From: Geosiphon pyriformis uo1
Taxonomy: Eukaryota; Fungi; Glomeromycota
Direction of reading: 5' to 3'
DNA: 64,000 nucleotides
Assembly: GCA_016748015.1 (NCBI GenBank)
Contig: JAAOMT010000299.1
Span: 595,090-659,089 of the forward strand
A program made the translations under genes and the position numbers. Below the pieces are notes generated by a model. The model did no database searches. It was not told the origin of the DNA and saw only the letters and a list, made by a program, of their open reading frames with translations. Positions 13,401-28,112 of the stretch are shown in pieces (position 1 is the first letter of the stretch; each line of letters opens with the position of its first letter).

Positions 13401-15133
13401 TTCTGTGTTGGTAGCCCATTCACCCACTGATCTTTCCTGCTCATATTTGTAATAATTTCTTGGCTGGTATAGTTCACATTCTCCTTGATTGCAATTTGTC
13501 TTTGGGTGGCTCTTTGACCAGTGCTTTTCAGTTTTGTGACGGGGTTTTTATGTCTGTTGTTCTTGACAAGTCTTTGTTTTTCAAGTTTTTACCTTCTCTC
13601 TGGTATTTTGGCATTGCCTTCGTGGATCAGCTTTGTAATTGACATGGTGTTGTTTTTAGCTGGCATACCTTCAAGCGGTAAAAGAGACTGAACTCTCGTG
13701 GCCCAGTTCCTGATTGGTTCGAACCTTCTGTTGCATTTTTTGCAGCTTTTTATTCCTCTTCCACAGCCTCAGTTGGTGTTGGTCCTCTTAACTTTTGTGA
13801 GTCTGATGATTTTGTGTCCACTCACGATCGTCTTTCCCAGGTTAATATTGATAGTTTGTCAGTATATACAGATAATTCTTTGAGGAATTTGGGCACAGTT
13901 GATTGCAGAACTGAGGCAGCTGTTTTTTTTGAGAACATTGATTTGGGTGTGAGTGTCAGTGTTCAAGATTTAGTGTCATCTACTTTGATGGAGTTACAGG
14001 CTATAGCATTGGCTTTGGAGTACATGCCTGCAGCTCATTCTGTTAATTTGTTTTCGGATAGTCAAGCAGCTTTAGATGCTTGTAAGTCTGAGTTAAGCCT
14101 GGTGTGCCCTGACTTTTGCAATTGATGTTGGGTTAAGTGTCAACATATTCGGAATGTTATCCACAATAAGAATTTGAGAGTTAGCTGGCACAAAGTCAAG
14201 GACCACTCTGGTGTTTCAGAGAATGATCATGCTGATAGTATTGCTGATGCTGCTTTTCTATCTGGTTGGTATCTTCCTCCTTATGTGGATGGACACTTTT
14301 TGTTGGTGGATGGTGGTGTTGTTTCTGGTAATTTTAGACACTTTGTTCGAGATGTTTGTTGTGTGCATTGGAAGGTTGGTTCTGGTTCTGGATTTCTGGC
14401 TAGTAGTTTGTATTCAGATGTTGACTGGCTCAGCTTTTCTAGAGTTTGGCACTCTGATTTGCATATGGCCACTGGTTTTACTAGCAGGCTCACAACTAAT
14501 ACTTATACTTATCTTATAAAGTCTTTATACTGTTAGCTTCCTGTGGCTGTTCAGAGACGCATTTATGATAAATGTTACCCTAGTGTTCTGTGTCTGTATT
14601 GTGGTAAGATAGAGGTTTTTGATCATATGTTTTCTTGTATAGTTGATGATTTGGCTCATCATCAGATTCTGGAATCTTGCATGTCTTCTTGGAAGTTGCT
14701 TTCTGGGCTCTCTCTTCCCTCTTCAGTTGTGTTGTAGTTGATGTCGACCTGTACTCTGAATTTACTGGTTTTCTCAGCTTTTTACAAGGGTTTTGTTTTC
14801 AATGGTTGGCTTCAAGAGGCTGTTACTGTCTTCCATAACCCCAAAATTGCTGGTGTTAAAATTACTGATTTTGTGCACTCTATATGTTCTGCTTTTAGGA
14901 ATAATATTTGGTTGATTTGTGCCAAGCATTGTGCTATTATGGAAAAAAATGGCCTGATCCCAGTGGATGGGTCATTTGTCATCCCAGTTTCTGGTTTGGT
15001 TTTGAAATTTTCAACTGGTGTGGTTAAATTGCTTGGTGTTACTGAAGTCTTTGGTGTTCTTTTTGGCTTTTGCAAGTTTTGTTTGTTTTTTTTAGGCATT
15101 AATGACCTGGTGTCTGTTAATATAGTTGTGTAG
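10478..15133 (+). pseudogene. LINE-A copy 2 ORF2 (APE-RT-RNaseH-CCHC)
   Basis: CNVHGLN, LGGDFNED, FVDDTIW, YTDNSL/SDSQAAL, CLYCG..DHMFSC; start decayed ATGA>ATAA. Confidence 0.92.
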
Positions 15134-15807
15134 TGTTGTCTTGACTGGCTCGAGTGGCTGGTCACGTGTAGTAAAATGCATGATTTACGCCTAGTTTAGA
15201 TTATTTCATTGATGTATAGTTCTAGTTGGTGTTTGGACCTCACTCATTAAACATAATAAAATAAAATAAAAATATTAAAGATTAAGAATAAAATTTTTAA
15301 TAATAAAAACAAATATAATGTAATTTTACAAATTAAGAATTAAATTTGTAAATATATATTTATTTACTTTACTTATTTAAAATTTATGTTTTTTATTTAT
15401 TTTATACAGCTTTATAAAGTTATTTTTAAAATAGATGCATCTTTATAATGTTAAAAATAAATATTATATTTGTTAAATTAAAATTTATTATAAAAAATTT
15501 ATTTAATTATTATTATTATTTATTTAATGAAAATAATATAATTAAACTAATAATTGTGCAATATTAATTAAAAAATTAAAAAACATTTTTATATTTTTAC
15601 TTAGTTTTCATATTGAACAAAAATAAAGAAAACCTAATCCATTTGATGTCTTTGCCTATGTTACAAGTTTAAGCTGGAAATCATGTGAAAAGTGATTTTA
15701 ACTTACATACTACTAATGAAATTGATTTAGTACATAACACATCCACAGCATATTAGGGAATGATGATTAAAAATCTACCTTTACACATTTGTACACGGCT
15801 TTTCAAC

Positions 15808-19692
<3,885 letters not shown>

Positions 19693-19716
19693 AATAGCAA
19701 TTTGAATACTTTGTAA

Positions 19717-19772
19717 TTTTCGCGTTTTTTTGAGAAAACGCGTTTGAATGTATGGGCCAATTGGATCACGTG
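19717..19772 (-). promoter_or_regulatory. G1/S promoter cluster of MCM4: SCB/E2F-like ACGCGAAAA, MCB ACGCGT, CCAAT palindrome, E-box
   Basis: TTTTCGCGT 19717-19725, ACGCGT 19738-19743, CCAATTGG 19757-19764, CACGTG 19767-19772, all within 25-80 nt of the ATG of a replication gene. Confidence 0.65.
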
Positions 19773-20039
19773 TCGTCGATCTAATATCTGAAGACACAAC
19801 CATTAATTTTAACGGTTTATTTTTATACCTGCGTTGTTTGTTTTATTAAGCAACATTTGAGCTTTCCAAATTATCATTATGGATAATAAATTAAGTAATA
19901 TTATGAAGATTTTTGTTTTTTAGTAACTTTTTCTAAAATTTAGTTGTTTTTAAAGTTAAATTAATAGTATTTTTAAGTATTTTTTACCAATGTCCAAAAC
20001 AAAGCTAGTTTTTTAATATTTGCTTTTTTAATAATACTA

Positions 20040-21925
20040 AGCTTATTATTTTAATAGTTATTAAGGAGATTTCCAAAGAAAATGATCATTACAGTTCTTT
20101 CTGAGTTTGGTCAAGTGGTATTGATTGATTTACAATTAATTGGGCTATAGCAAAAGACTGTAATAGAGTTTGCTAATCAGCTCAAACAAATCAATTGATA
20201 ATAAAGTGGTCATTCCTAATTGAAAAAAATTCAATGCATATGGCAAAAACTATAAAAGATTGGAATATTTAGATGTTTAGGAATCAATTTAGGGTGCTAC
20301 TATTTATTCTGTCTGTAAAAACAACTGCTTATAATCTTGGTAATCTGTTAAAAAAAATTGGTAAAAAAACTTATATCATTAATTATTTATTTGAATTTGG
20401 CAATAGAGTTTGATATACAGTAATTGAATTTGAATTAAAAAAAAATTGGAGTTAATTTTTTGCATAGAGCTGAGTAGTATCAAACTTTTTTGGACTAGAA
20501 TAAATTTGGTTTATTGTAAAAAATATAAGTGTTTAGGTTATTTATTTCTAAAATGTGATTCTTTAAACACATTTATCTTTATGTTAAAAAAAATTTATAA
20601 AAAAAATATATCAAATAAAAATTGTCTTTAGCTGGCTCATCTATATACAAAAAAAAAAAATTTTATTATTTAATCTGCTGCTTTTAGTGGCAAGTTTTGG
20701 GTGCAAATAGTGTTATTAGTAATTTGCTTATTATTTTTTCTAGAATTATCTATTTTGATTCTGGTTTTGAATTAATTTTTCTTGGTGCTTTGTATATTAA
20801 CAAGACTTTTTCTGTTATTTTGAATAATATATTTACTAATACTTATCTGGTTTTATTAGAACATTTTTTAAAACTTTTGGTTAATCAAGTGTTTAGTAAC
20901 ATATATAAACTAAGCAATATGGAATTAATGTCTTTAATGTTTATCTTCTAATCTTTTATTTCAGCTGTTTTAGTGTCTTTAAATTCAGAATTAGATTTGG
21001 CCATAATTTTAAATAAACATTAAGTATTGTCTTTTTTCTTATCTTTAATTGTAGAAAACAAGTTTTTTAATTTAGATTTAAATAGCTCAAAAATTCTAAC
21101 CACCAAAATTGATAGTCTGGAATCAAAAATAATTGTTCTTAAGATTTTTATTGGTTCAGTTTTAAAAAGATTAGATTAATTATGTGTTGATTTAAGTTTC
21201 TTAATACATATTTTATTTTAATAAATAATTTTATTTGGAAAATAGCTATATGTAATATTAAAGACATAAACAATATGACTAAGCAAGAAGATATAATTAG
21301 ATAATATAATGAATCTGGAAATTAAGTTTCTATTGTTATTAAGACTAAGTTAAAAGAACAAATTAGACCTTAGATAAAAAATAAGTTTTAAGATGTAAAA
21401 GTTTTTGTTTCTGGTTTGAACACTGGTTATATAGATGCTAGAATAAAAATAATAATAAACAATACTTTAGCTTAACATATATACAAAGTTTCTAAAGTAC
21501 TTAGTTACTTTATTTTAATTCATTTATTGTTTAATAACAAAATTTCAGTAACAATTTTAGGTCTGTATGCTGGTGTTTTAACTAATATACAATTTGATTA
21601 AATCTACAAAATAAATTTTTGTATTATCAAGACAATTAATTCAAGTTCTTATGTAGTATTAAAAAGTAATTTCAATAAAAATGGGAAGAAACAAAGTACA
21701 AATTACAAGAAATACTTTGATTTGAGTTTATGTAACTTTTTTTCAAATAAGTTAACTATCAAACTTTTAACATAGAGCAATTTAAGAAGTGCAAATAAAA
21801 CTATTGACTTTATTTTTATTAGTAAATATCTTTTTTCAGCTGTGATAGATCAGAATGTTAACAGTATATTTAAATTTTTTGATACTAACCACAAGACTAT
21901 AACAATTTTTTTTGGCTTAAAAGTC
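20040..21925 (+). mobile_element. Highly eroded LINE-A-type relic (ORF1 3' part and ORF2 endonuclease)
   Basis: Residual SEFGQVV..LQLIGL*QKT, IWKIAICNIK, ILGLYAG, KTIDFIF, FDTNHK translations matching the LINE-A copies. Confidence 0.8.
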
Positions 21926-21947
21926 TGATAAATAAATGCAATTGTGT

Positions 21948-22583
21948 GACTTTTTTTCTATTTTTAACTATTATTACATAATTTATTATGCCTTAAATTT
22001 GGAAAAATAAGTTTTTGCAAAGATATCTTTAATTATAATTAGTTTTTATTATTACAATAAACTTAAAAGTGTTTAATATTAATATCAACAGTGAAATAAC
22101 AGCAGTTATATACAGAAGTACAAGTAAAAAGACTATTAACTATAAAGACCAAGTACAAGGAAACATTATTTCTATTACAGAAAAAAAAATAACACAATTA
22201 TACAAAATTCTACAACAATAAAAACCACAAAATCTATTATATTTACATTCAGATTTGAAATTGACAACAGACTATTTAGAAGTATAAACACAAATAGTAA
22301 AAATAACACACCCTTCAAAAATGTCAATATAGCAAAAAAAACAGCTTCACATAAACAAGCAGCAGACTTTTTTCTAATAACAACCAACAGACTAGAGAAA
22401 AAAATCAACAAAAAATACAAACATATTAAAAGAATAAATGTAAAAAACTTAATTAAAAAATTCAACCAAATAATTAAAGAAAATCTATCTAAAAACACAA
22501 TTAACCAAACAACAACTTTGTTTTACAACTAATGTTTAACAAAGAAAAAATAGTAACAAATTTCAAATGAAAGCTTAAACTAG
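21948..22583 (+). mobile_element. LINE-B 5' UTR and ORF1 N-terminus (eroded), cut by LTR GA1
   Basis: Collinear with 58720-59363 (e.g. TTCAGATTTGAAA, AAAAAATACAAACATATT, TTTCAAATG.AAGCTT). Confidence 0.85.
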
Positions 22584-23224
22584 TGTTATAGTTGAGACCT
22601 ATACCTCTTATTAATTATCACATATATTAGCCACTGATGTCATATGATTAGTCACACTATTTTTAGAAAGTAATCATTGACCTGATCATTGACTACTTTT
22701 GATAACCATATAAGTGATAAATCTCTTAGCTGTAAAAAAGCATGTAATAACAAGCATCTAAATAATCAAGAATAAATAAAATAACAACTTTCATCTCAAT
22801 CCTTTTCTTATCGCTAATTTCTCTTTTTCTACCTTTAAGTATCTAAACATTTTAAAGATAAAAGATTACTTGTTGGCCTTTTCCTAACATATATAATTGT
22901 AGCATTTGAAAATTATTTGAATAAATGTGACTGAAAAGCACAAGTTGATATCTGATATTAAATTCTAAGAGCACCAACATAAGGCATAGAATTATACTAG
23001 TGGTGATCAATTGTTAACAGTATGGACTATTCCTCTACCTTCAGATTTCTCAGTTATCTTTGAAAAAAATAGCAATTGAGATATTTTATGAGACTGATCT
23101 CACACATTGAATCCATACTCATTTAATTTGCTCTTTAAAGTTGAATTCTCCTTTGATTATTTCTATCATCCTACAATCCTGTTCTCCCTTGCTATCTATT
23201 AGCTTGTTACTCCAACCCATAACA
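22584..23224 (+). repeat. GA1 5' LTR
   Basis: TGTTAT...ATAACA termini; matches 49568-50244 and the reverse copies at 52083, 55485, 63142. Confidence 0.93.
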
Positions 23225-23230
23225 TAAAAG

Positions 23231-23248
23231 TGGTGCTTCCTGTAAGGT
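23231..23248 (+). other. Primer-binding site, probably elongator tRNA-Met
   Basis: TGGTGCTTCCTGTAAGGT six nt after the LTR; TGGTGCTCCCTGTAAGGT in GA2 (55461-55478, minus); TGGTGCTTCCTGTGAGG in GC (43223-43239, minus). Confidence 0.75.
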
Positions 23249-23276
23249 TGTCAAAATCCACTTTGTTTTTTATTGT

Positions 23277-24047
23277 ATGAGTGATTATTCATATCTGCCA
23301 CAACAATCAGAAGAACACTTTAAAGCACACAACAAAAACGATCTAAACTTTATTGAACTCAATCCTTTGCCCTCCTGCTTGATTTGCTTTCCCATTGAAG
23401 AACAATCTAGCAGACAATTCCAAGACTTTTGGAACTGGTTCTTGAACAAGCATTCAGCTGAAACTTACACAGCTTATACAATCTATTACTTTGACCAAGC
23501 TTATTTTGAAGACAACTTTGAAAGAAGAAACAACAATATCAATTAGTTTTTATATTCTGCAACCTTTGAACAACAGCCCTCTGATTTTGAATATCTGAAT
23601 CATCAAATCCACATTTGGATTGCTGTTCATTAATCAACAGAAACTCCTCTTGAAACAGAAAAAAAAAGCTATCAAACTGCTTCTGTTTTTGATCCTTTCT
23701 CAAGTGAATCAGACCATTCTACACAAACAGTTACCTCAGAACCAATGGCTGTTAACCCCATGCAAGCAAACATTTTGGCCACTCTCCAAGGTATATAAAC
23801 TGCTCTAGGGCAAAGAAACAACACCCCATTACCATTATTTAGAAGCGATGCACAAGATCCAATTGAATGGTTGGATGACTTTAAGAGAGCTGTTACAGCC
23901 AACTAATATGATAATGAATACAAGTTCTAAATGGTTGGTGGCTATCTTCAAGGCTCTTCTGAAGAAACAGATGTCAATGTTCATTACTAAATAATCAGAT
24001 AGATACCAACTAATGCTGGAGAAAAAAATACCTCTTTTACTACCCAG
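23277..24047 (+). pseudogene. GA1 gag, 5' part
   Basis: MSDYSYLPQQ... and DPIEWLDDF.RA capsid motif; near-identical to 55432-54647 (minus). Confidence 0.85.
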
Positions 24048-24870
24048 TGTTACAGTTGATTATTTGAAGTCTCAAATCAAATAACAAACCTGTAACTTGA
24101 TGCTCAATTGATATAATGTTGTTGGTAATATCTGAAGATTTTGGTTGAGTTCTTTGTATAATGGACAGAGATTCAATGGTGATAGTTTATCTGTAGCTTC
24201 CTGAAACCACAGTTTCATCAATTTCTTTCTCAGCTTGATGGCTGGTATTCCTCCTAGTAAGCTATCCTCAATTGAGTGTTCTACCCTTATTCCTGGGTCT
24301 TTTACCAGTCACATTTATTTTGACGTCAGTGCCCTGCGCATTAATCCTCAATAGAGTTAGTAAACAACAATAAAATCAAAGTAAGAAAATAAAAAGAAAA
24401 GAAAATAAAGAAAGAAAAGAAATAAGCCAAGGCGATTTGCAAGTTAGTATTCTGTCAATAGCTGTGATCAAGAGCTATTGTTCCAGTGTGGTTAAGTGTC
24501 AATTACTATCAACATTTCATGTTGATAGTGGAAATGGATTTGAGATAACAAATAGTTATTTATTAGATGATTGTGATTTGAAGAGTTGCTTAGATTAAAT
24601 TTAAACTGAGAGGTCTGTCTTTTCAGCTTCTAATCCTACTGCTATATATACATAATTTAGATTCCTCAATTCCTTAATTCTTCACAACAGGAATTCTGGG
24701 ATTCCTGGAATTCTGCAATTCCTTTGAGAGAAATCCTGGAATTCTGGAATCCTGCAATTCCTTGTGAGAATTCTGTAATTCCTGAAAGGAATCCTGGAAT
24801 TCCACATTTTACTACATCTACTTCTAATTGGCTATGCTAATCTCTATTCTCTATATTTCTATGAGTAACA
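24048..24870 (-). repeat. GC 3' LTR (PPT GGAGGAAATAA adjacent on the minus strand)
   Basis: TGTTAC...GTAACA; matches 43242-44080. Confidence 0.93.
24660..24803. repeat. GGAATTCY(T) short-unit array in GC LTR U3 (again at 43868-44013)
   Basis: More than ten 8-9 bp GAATTC/GAATCC-type units. Confidence 0.75.
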
Positions 24871-24883
24871 TTATTTCCTCCTT

Positions 24884-25543
24884 TTAATATTGAGCTCCAT
24901 CGAAATTCAACTCTTTTAATTCCCCTTCTTGAAGTATTTCCTGGATTTTGTTTTCGAGAATTACTTGTGTTATTTGAGTTTGTAATTCTTCAAATTGAGC
25001 ATTGGTAATTTTTCCCAATTGATTACTGGTAACCATATCTATTGCTTTGCTGAGTAAGAGTTCTGGTTAATTCTGGAATGCTGTGTGTATTTGGTATATA
25101 GTTCGAGCTTGTGTAGATAAGTTGTTTTTCTCCACAAAATGTTCTAGTTGTTGTAGTATTGTTGTGTCAAATAACTGCTTTGTTTTATCCATGTATAAGT
25201 TCTGGATATTCACGTATTGTCCCAAGTAAAAATAACAATAGTTTCTTAAAAATTGTTGTATTCACCAATTCCAAGTTTCCTTGGTCAACTCTTCATATAT
25301 TGACTCTTTTGTCAATTCTTTTATTGCCACTTTTACTTTTGCAATGATTTTGTCAATGGTATTTTCTGGTTTTTTCTGTCTTCTGTGTTGTAATGTCTTT
25401 CTGGTATCTTGATATCAAATGGTTTGTTGATTAATTGTAATCTCCATTTCTTGGTGTTGGATCAATTGAAAAAGTTGTTGTGCTAGTGAGTGAATGTTGT
25501 CTGTAATTTCCATTTTTCTGATATTTCCTGTTGCATCTATCAT
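24884..25543 (-). pseudogene. GC ORF3, unknown function
   Basis: Manual translation MIDATGN..TRKYH..YFYLGQY..ARTIYQI..LGKITNAQFEEL..FDGAQY*; similar to ORF3 of GD and GA. Confidence 0.65.
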
Positions 25544-25573
25544 GTCTTTATATATTCTTTTGATGAATCAATT

Positions 25574-26951
25574 TTATGTGTTGTTGTCAATTATAATGAT
25601 TGGTTCCAAATCTCATGGAATTTTATCTGGTCAGACTAGTAATCTCTGTACTCCTAATTGTGGAATATTACTGGTAAAGGATAGTATAGTGTTGTGATAT
25701 GGTTTCAGTTAATCTCCATGTGCTGCTTTGGTTAAAATTTTGTTATTCAGTCTCAATTTGTAAGCTTCATTTTCTAGAATTTTTTTTATGTGAAATAGTC
25801 CATCCCATTTGGGGTCAAATTTTCCACTCCATTGTTTTTCTGCTTTGGTATGATGTAAGAGTACTTTGTCTTCAATCTTGAATTCAACTGGTTTGTCTGG
25901 TAGTTGACTATCATGTCTTTTTTTCTGTTTTTTTTTGTGATTTTTGAATATTATCAGCTGCTTTTCTTCTTTTGTTTTCCAATGTTTCTATTAAGTCATA
26001 TGTTCTTCTCTACAATGTTTCTTGAAAATTTTCTTCTGTTATTGGTTCAGCTAGATATGTATTAATTTTTCTCTCTACTGGTAACATTGCTGTTCTCCCA
26101 TACACTAATTCAAATGGTGTTGCTTGTGTAGTATCTTGTTCCATTGTCCAATAAGCAAATAGTACTAATGATATGAACAAATCCCAATTGTTCTGGTTTT
26201 CTTGGCTGAGCTTTACTATTGTTTTACACAATGTTTTATTGAATCTTTCAACTAATCTGTTGGTTTGTGGATGATATGGTGATAATAATGGTCTCTTAAT
26301 TCCGAATCTTTGGCTCAATTCTGTTAATGTTCTGTTCACAAAATGCGTTCTTTGGTCTGATAACAATTCTTTTGGAGATCCATGTCGACAAATCAAATCC
26401 TGATGAACAAATTCAGCAATGGATTCTGCATCTGCTCTTTGAATTGCTTTTGCCTCTGGCCATTTAGTGAGATAGTCCATAGCTACTGCTATGTATCTGT
26501 TTCCTCTGCTGGTGATTGTTAATGGTCCAACTAAATCAATTCCAATACAGTCGAATGGTTGTTTCACTTTGATTGGTCTTAATGATTCACTGGGTCTTGT
26601 TCCTCTTTTTCGCTGACAAGCATTACAATTTTACACATATTGGATGATGTCTGGATATATTGATGGCCAATAGTATTTCTTTCTGGTTCTTTCCATGGTT
26701 GCTTTTTTATGAAAATGTCCTGCTGTTGGATTTGAGTGCATGTTGAATAATATTGTCTCTTTTTCTGGCTCTGTAATTACACTAGTTGGTTGATCTGAAT
26801 CTTTTCTATTTTTTCAATAAAGTATATTTTGGTAAGTGATAAAATATTTGGATTGTTGTTTGATTCTTTTTTGTTCCGGTTGAGATAATTTCTCCTTGAA
26901 CTGTTGAGTATCTATATAATGTTGAAGTTGTTGATATTTTTGTGTGTTCAT
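25574..26951 (-). pseudogene. GC integrase (stand-alone ORF)
   Basis: Own ATG (MNTQKYQQLQHY); HHCC zinc domain; GIDLVGP, LSDQ, YHPQTN.LVERFN; W.GP motif. Confidence 0.9.
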
Positions 26952-27080
26952 CTTTTGTTATATTTTTGTGGGTATTGTTTTGGTTTTGTTATATTTTTGG
27001 GTTAAAATGTTTTTAGATTTGTTTCATTCGCAACAAACTGTCAGCATTTTCGTTGTTTTTTCCCTTTTTATAATGTATAG

Positions 27081-28068
27081 TGTTATCAGACAAAATTAGA
27101 GATATTGTTTAGCATAAAATTACCCTTATAAATTTTATCATTAATTAGCATATATTATTATTTCAAATTATCACTTATTACATTAGCAAAATATCCGAAA
27201 TTATCATTTAATTAATAACCCAATCTGTACATAACACAAATGTAACCCAATTGCGATGATCAATCATACAATATCCCGAACTATGTAACATTCAAAAAGT
27301 TCGCCGAAATTTGTAAGAAATTTGCCGAAATAATTGATAGTTTGCCGAAATATCTAATAGTTTACAGAAATAACTTGTAGTTTGCCGAAATGTATCTTTA
27401 GTTCAGCAAAATTATAGAAAATAGCAAAGTTTAAGTTCATAAAATAGTGTTATGACAAGTTGTATAAAAAAAGAGCTTCTTTTTTCGAGGAAATGTATCT
27501 TACTTTAGATTTAATAATTAGAATCATCCTTTACACACAAAAACAAAATAAATATCAAATAAATTTAAAAAGCCAAACTCTTAAATTATTTCCCTTAAAA
27601 TTAACCAATTCCTATTAACAGTTGAAATTAATTAGCTATCAATTTCAGTAGACTGTTAAAACACTTTCAGGCCTGGATTCAAAATGACTTCTATAAATTA
27701 TTAGTTTTACTTTTCTTTTACATTTTTTTTATTTTCTTTTATTTTCTTATTACAATCATTAAGATAGCCTACAGACGAGATTCCTGTAGAAGAGTTGACT
27801 TTTACAGCAAAGTAACTACACATATTTTGTGAACTTCCAGACGAGCAATTCCTGTGAAAAAATTGACGTTTACTACAATGTAACTACATAAAGTAACTGG
27901 CATGGAATTGGCCATTCCACTTATAAGCCCAGCAGTTCAAATTATAGAAGATAATTTGAAGATAAATTCAGTTACTGGAGGTTCAACCACATCCAGAAAA
28001 CGTGAATTCACAGTAAACAGGTATCAACAACATTTAAAAAAAAAAGAGACCAAAAACCTCCAGTAACA
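27081..28068 (+). repeat. GD 5' LTR
   Basis: TGTTA...GTAACA; direct repeat of 35999-36986. Confidence 0.95.
27298..27411 (+). repeat. ~20-bp period array with core TTYGCCGAAAT in the GD LTR (again at 36217-36330)
   Basis: Five to six units visible, conserved core and variable 9-10 nt spacers. Confidence 0.85.
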
Positions 28069-28112
28069 TTTGGTGTTCTTCTACAGAAACAACACAGCAA
28101 AACAACTTCAAA

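Larger units (their letters stand above)
8534..15266 (+). mobile_element. Full-length decayed LINE-A copy 2 (diverged subfamily) with 15-bp TSD
   Basis: TAAAAATATTAAAGA at 8519-8533 and 15267-15281 flanks the element; (TAAAA)n tail; ORF1 and ORF2 collinear with copy 1. Confidence 0.93.

Noticed and set aside
24660-24803. Canonical heat-shock element array in the GC LTR
   Set aside because: GAA/TTC spacing is mostly 0 or 3 nt rather than the nGAAnnTTCn register; kept only as a repeat
27298-27411. CRISPR-like repeat/spacer array
   Set aside because: Repeat ~11 nt and spacers ~10 nt are too short, it is duplicated as part of an LTR, there are no cas genes, and the context is eukaryotic
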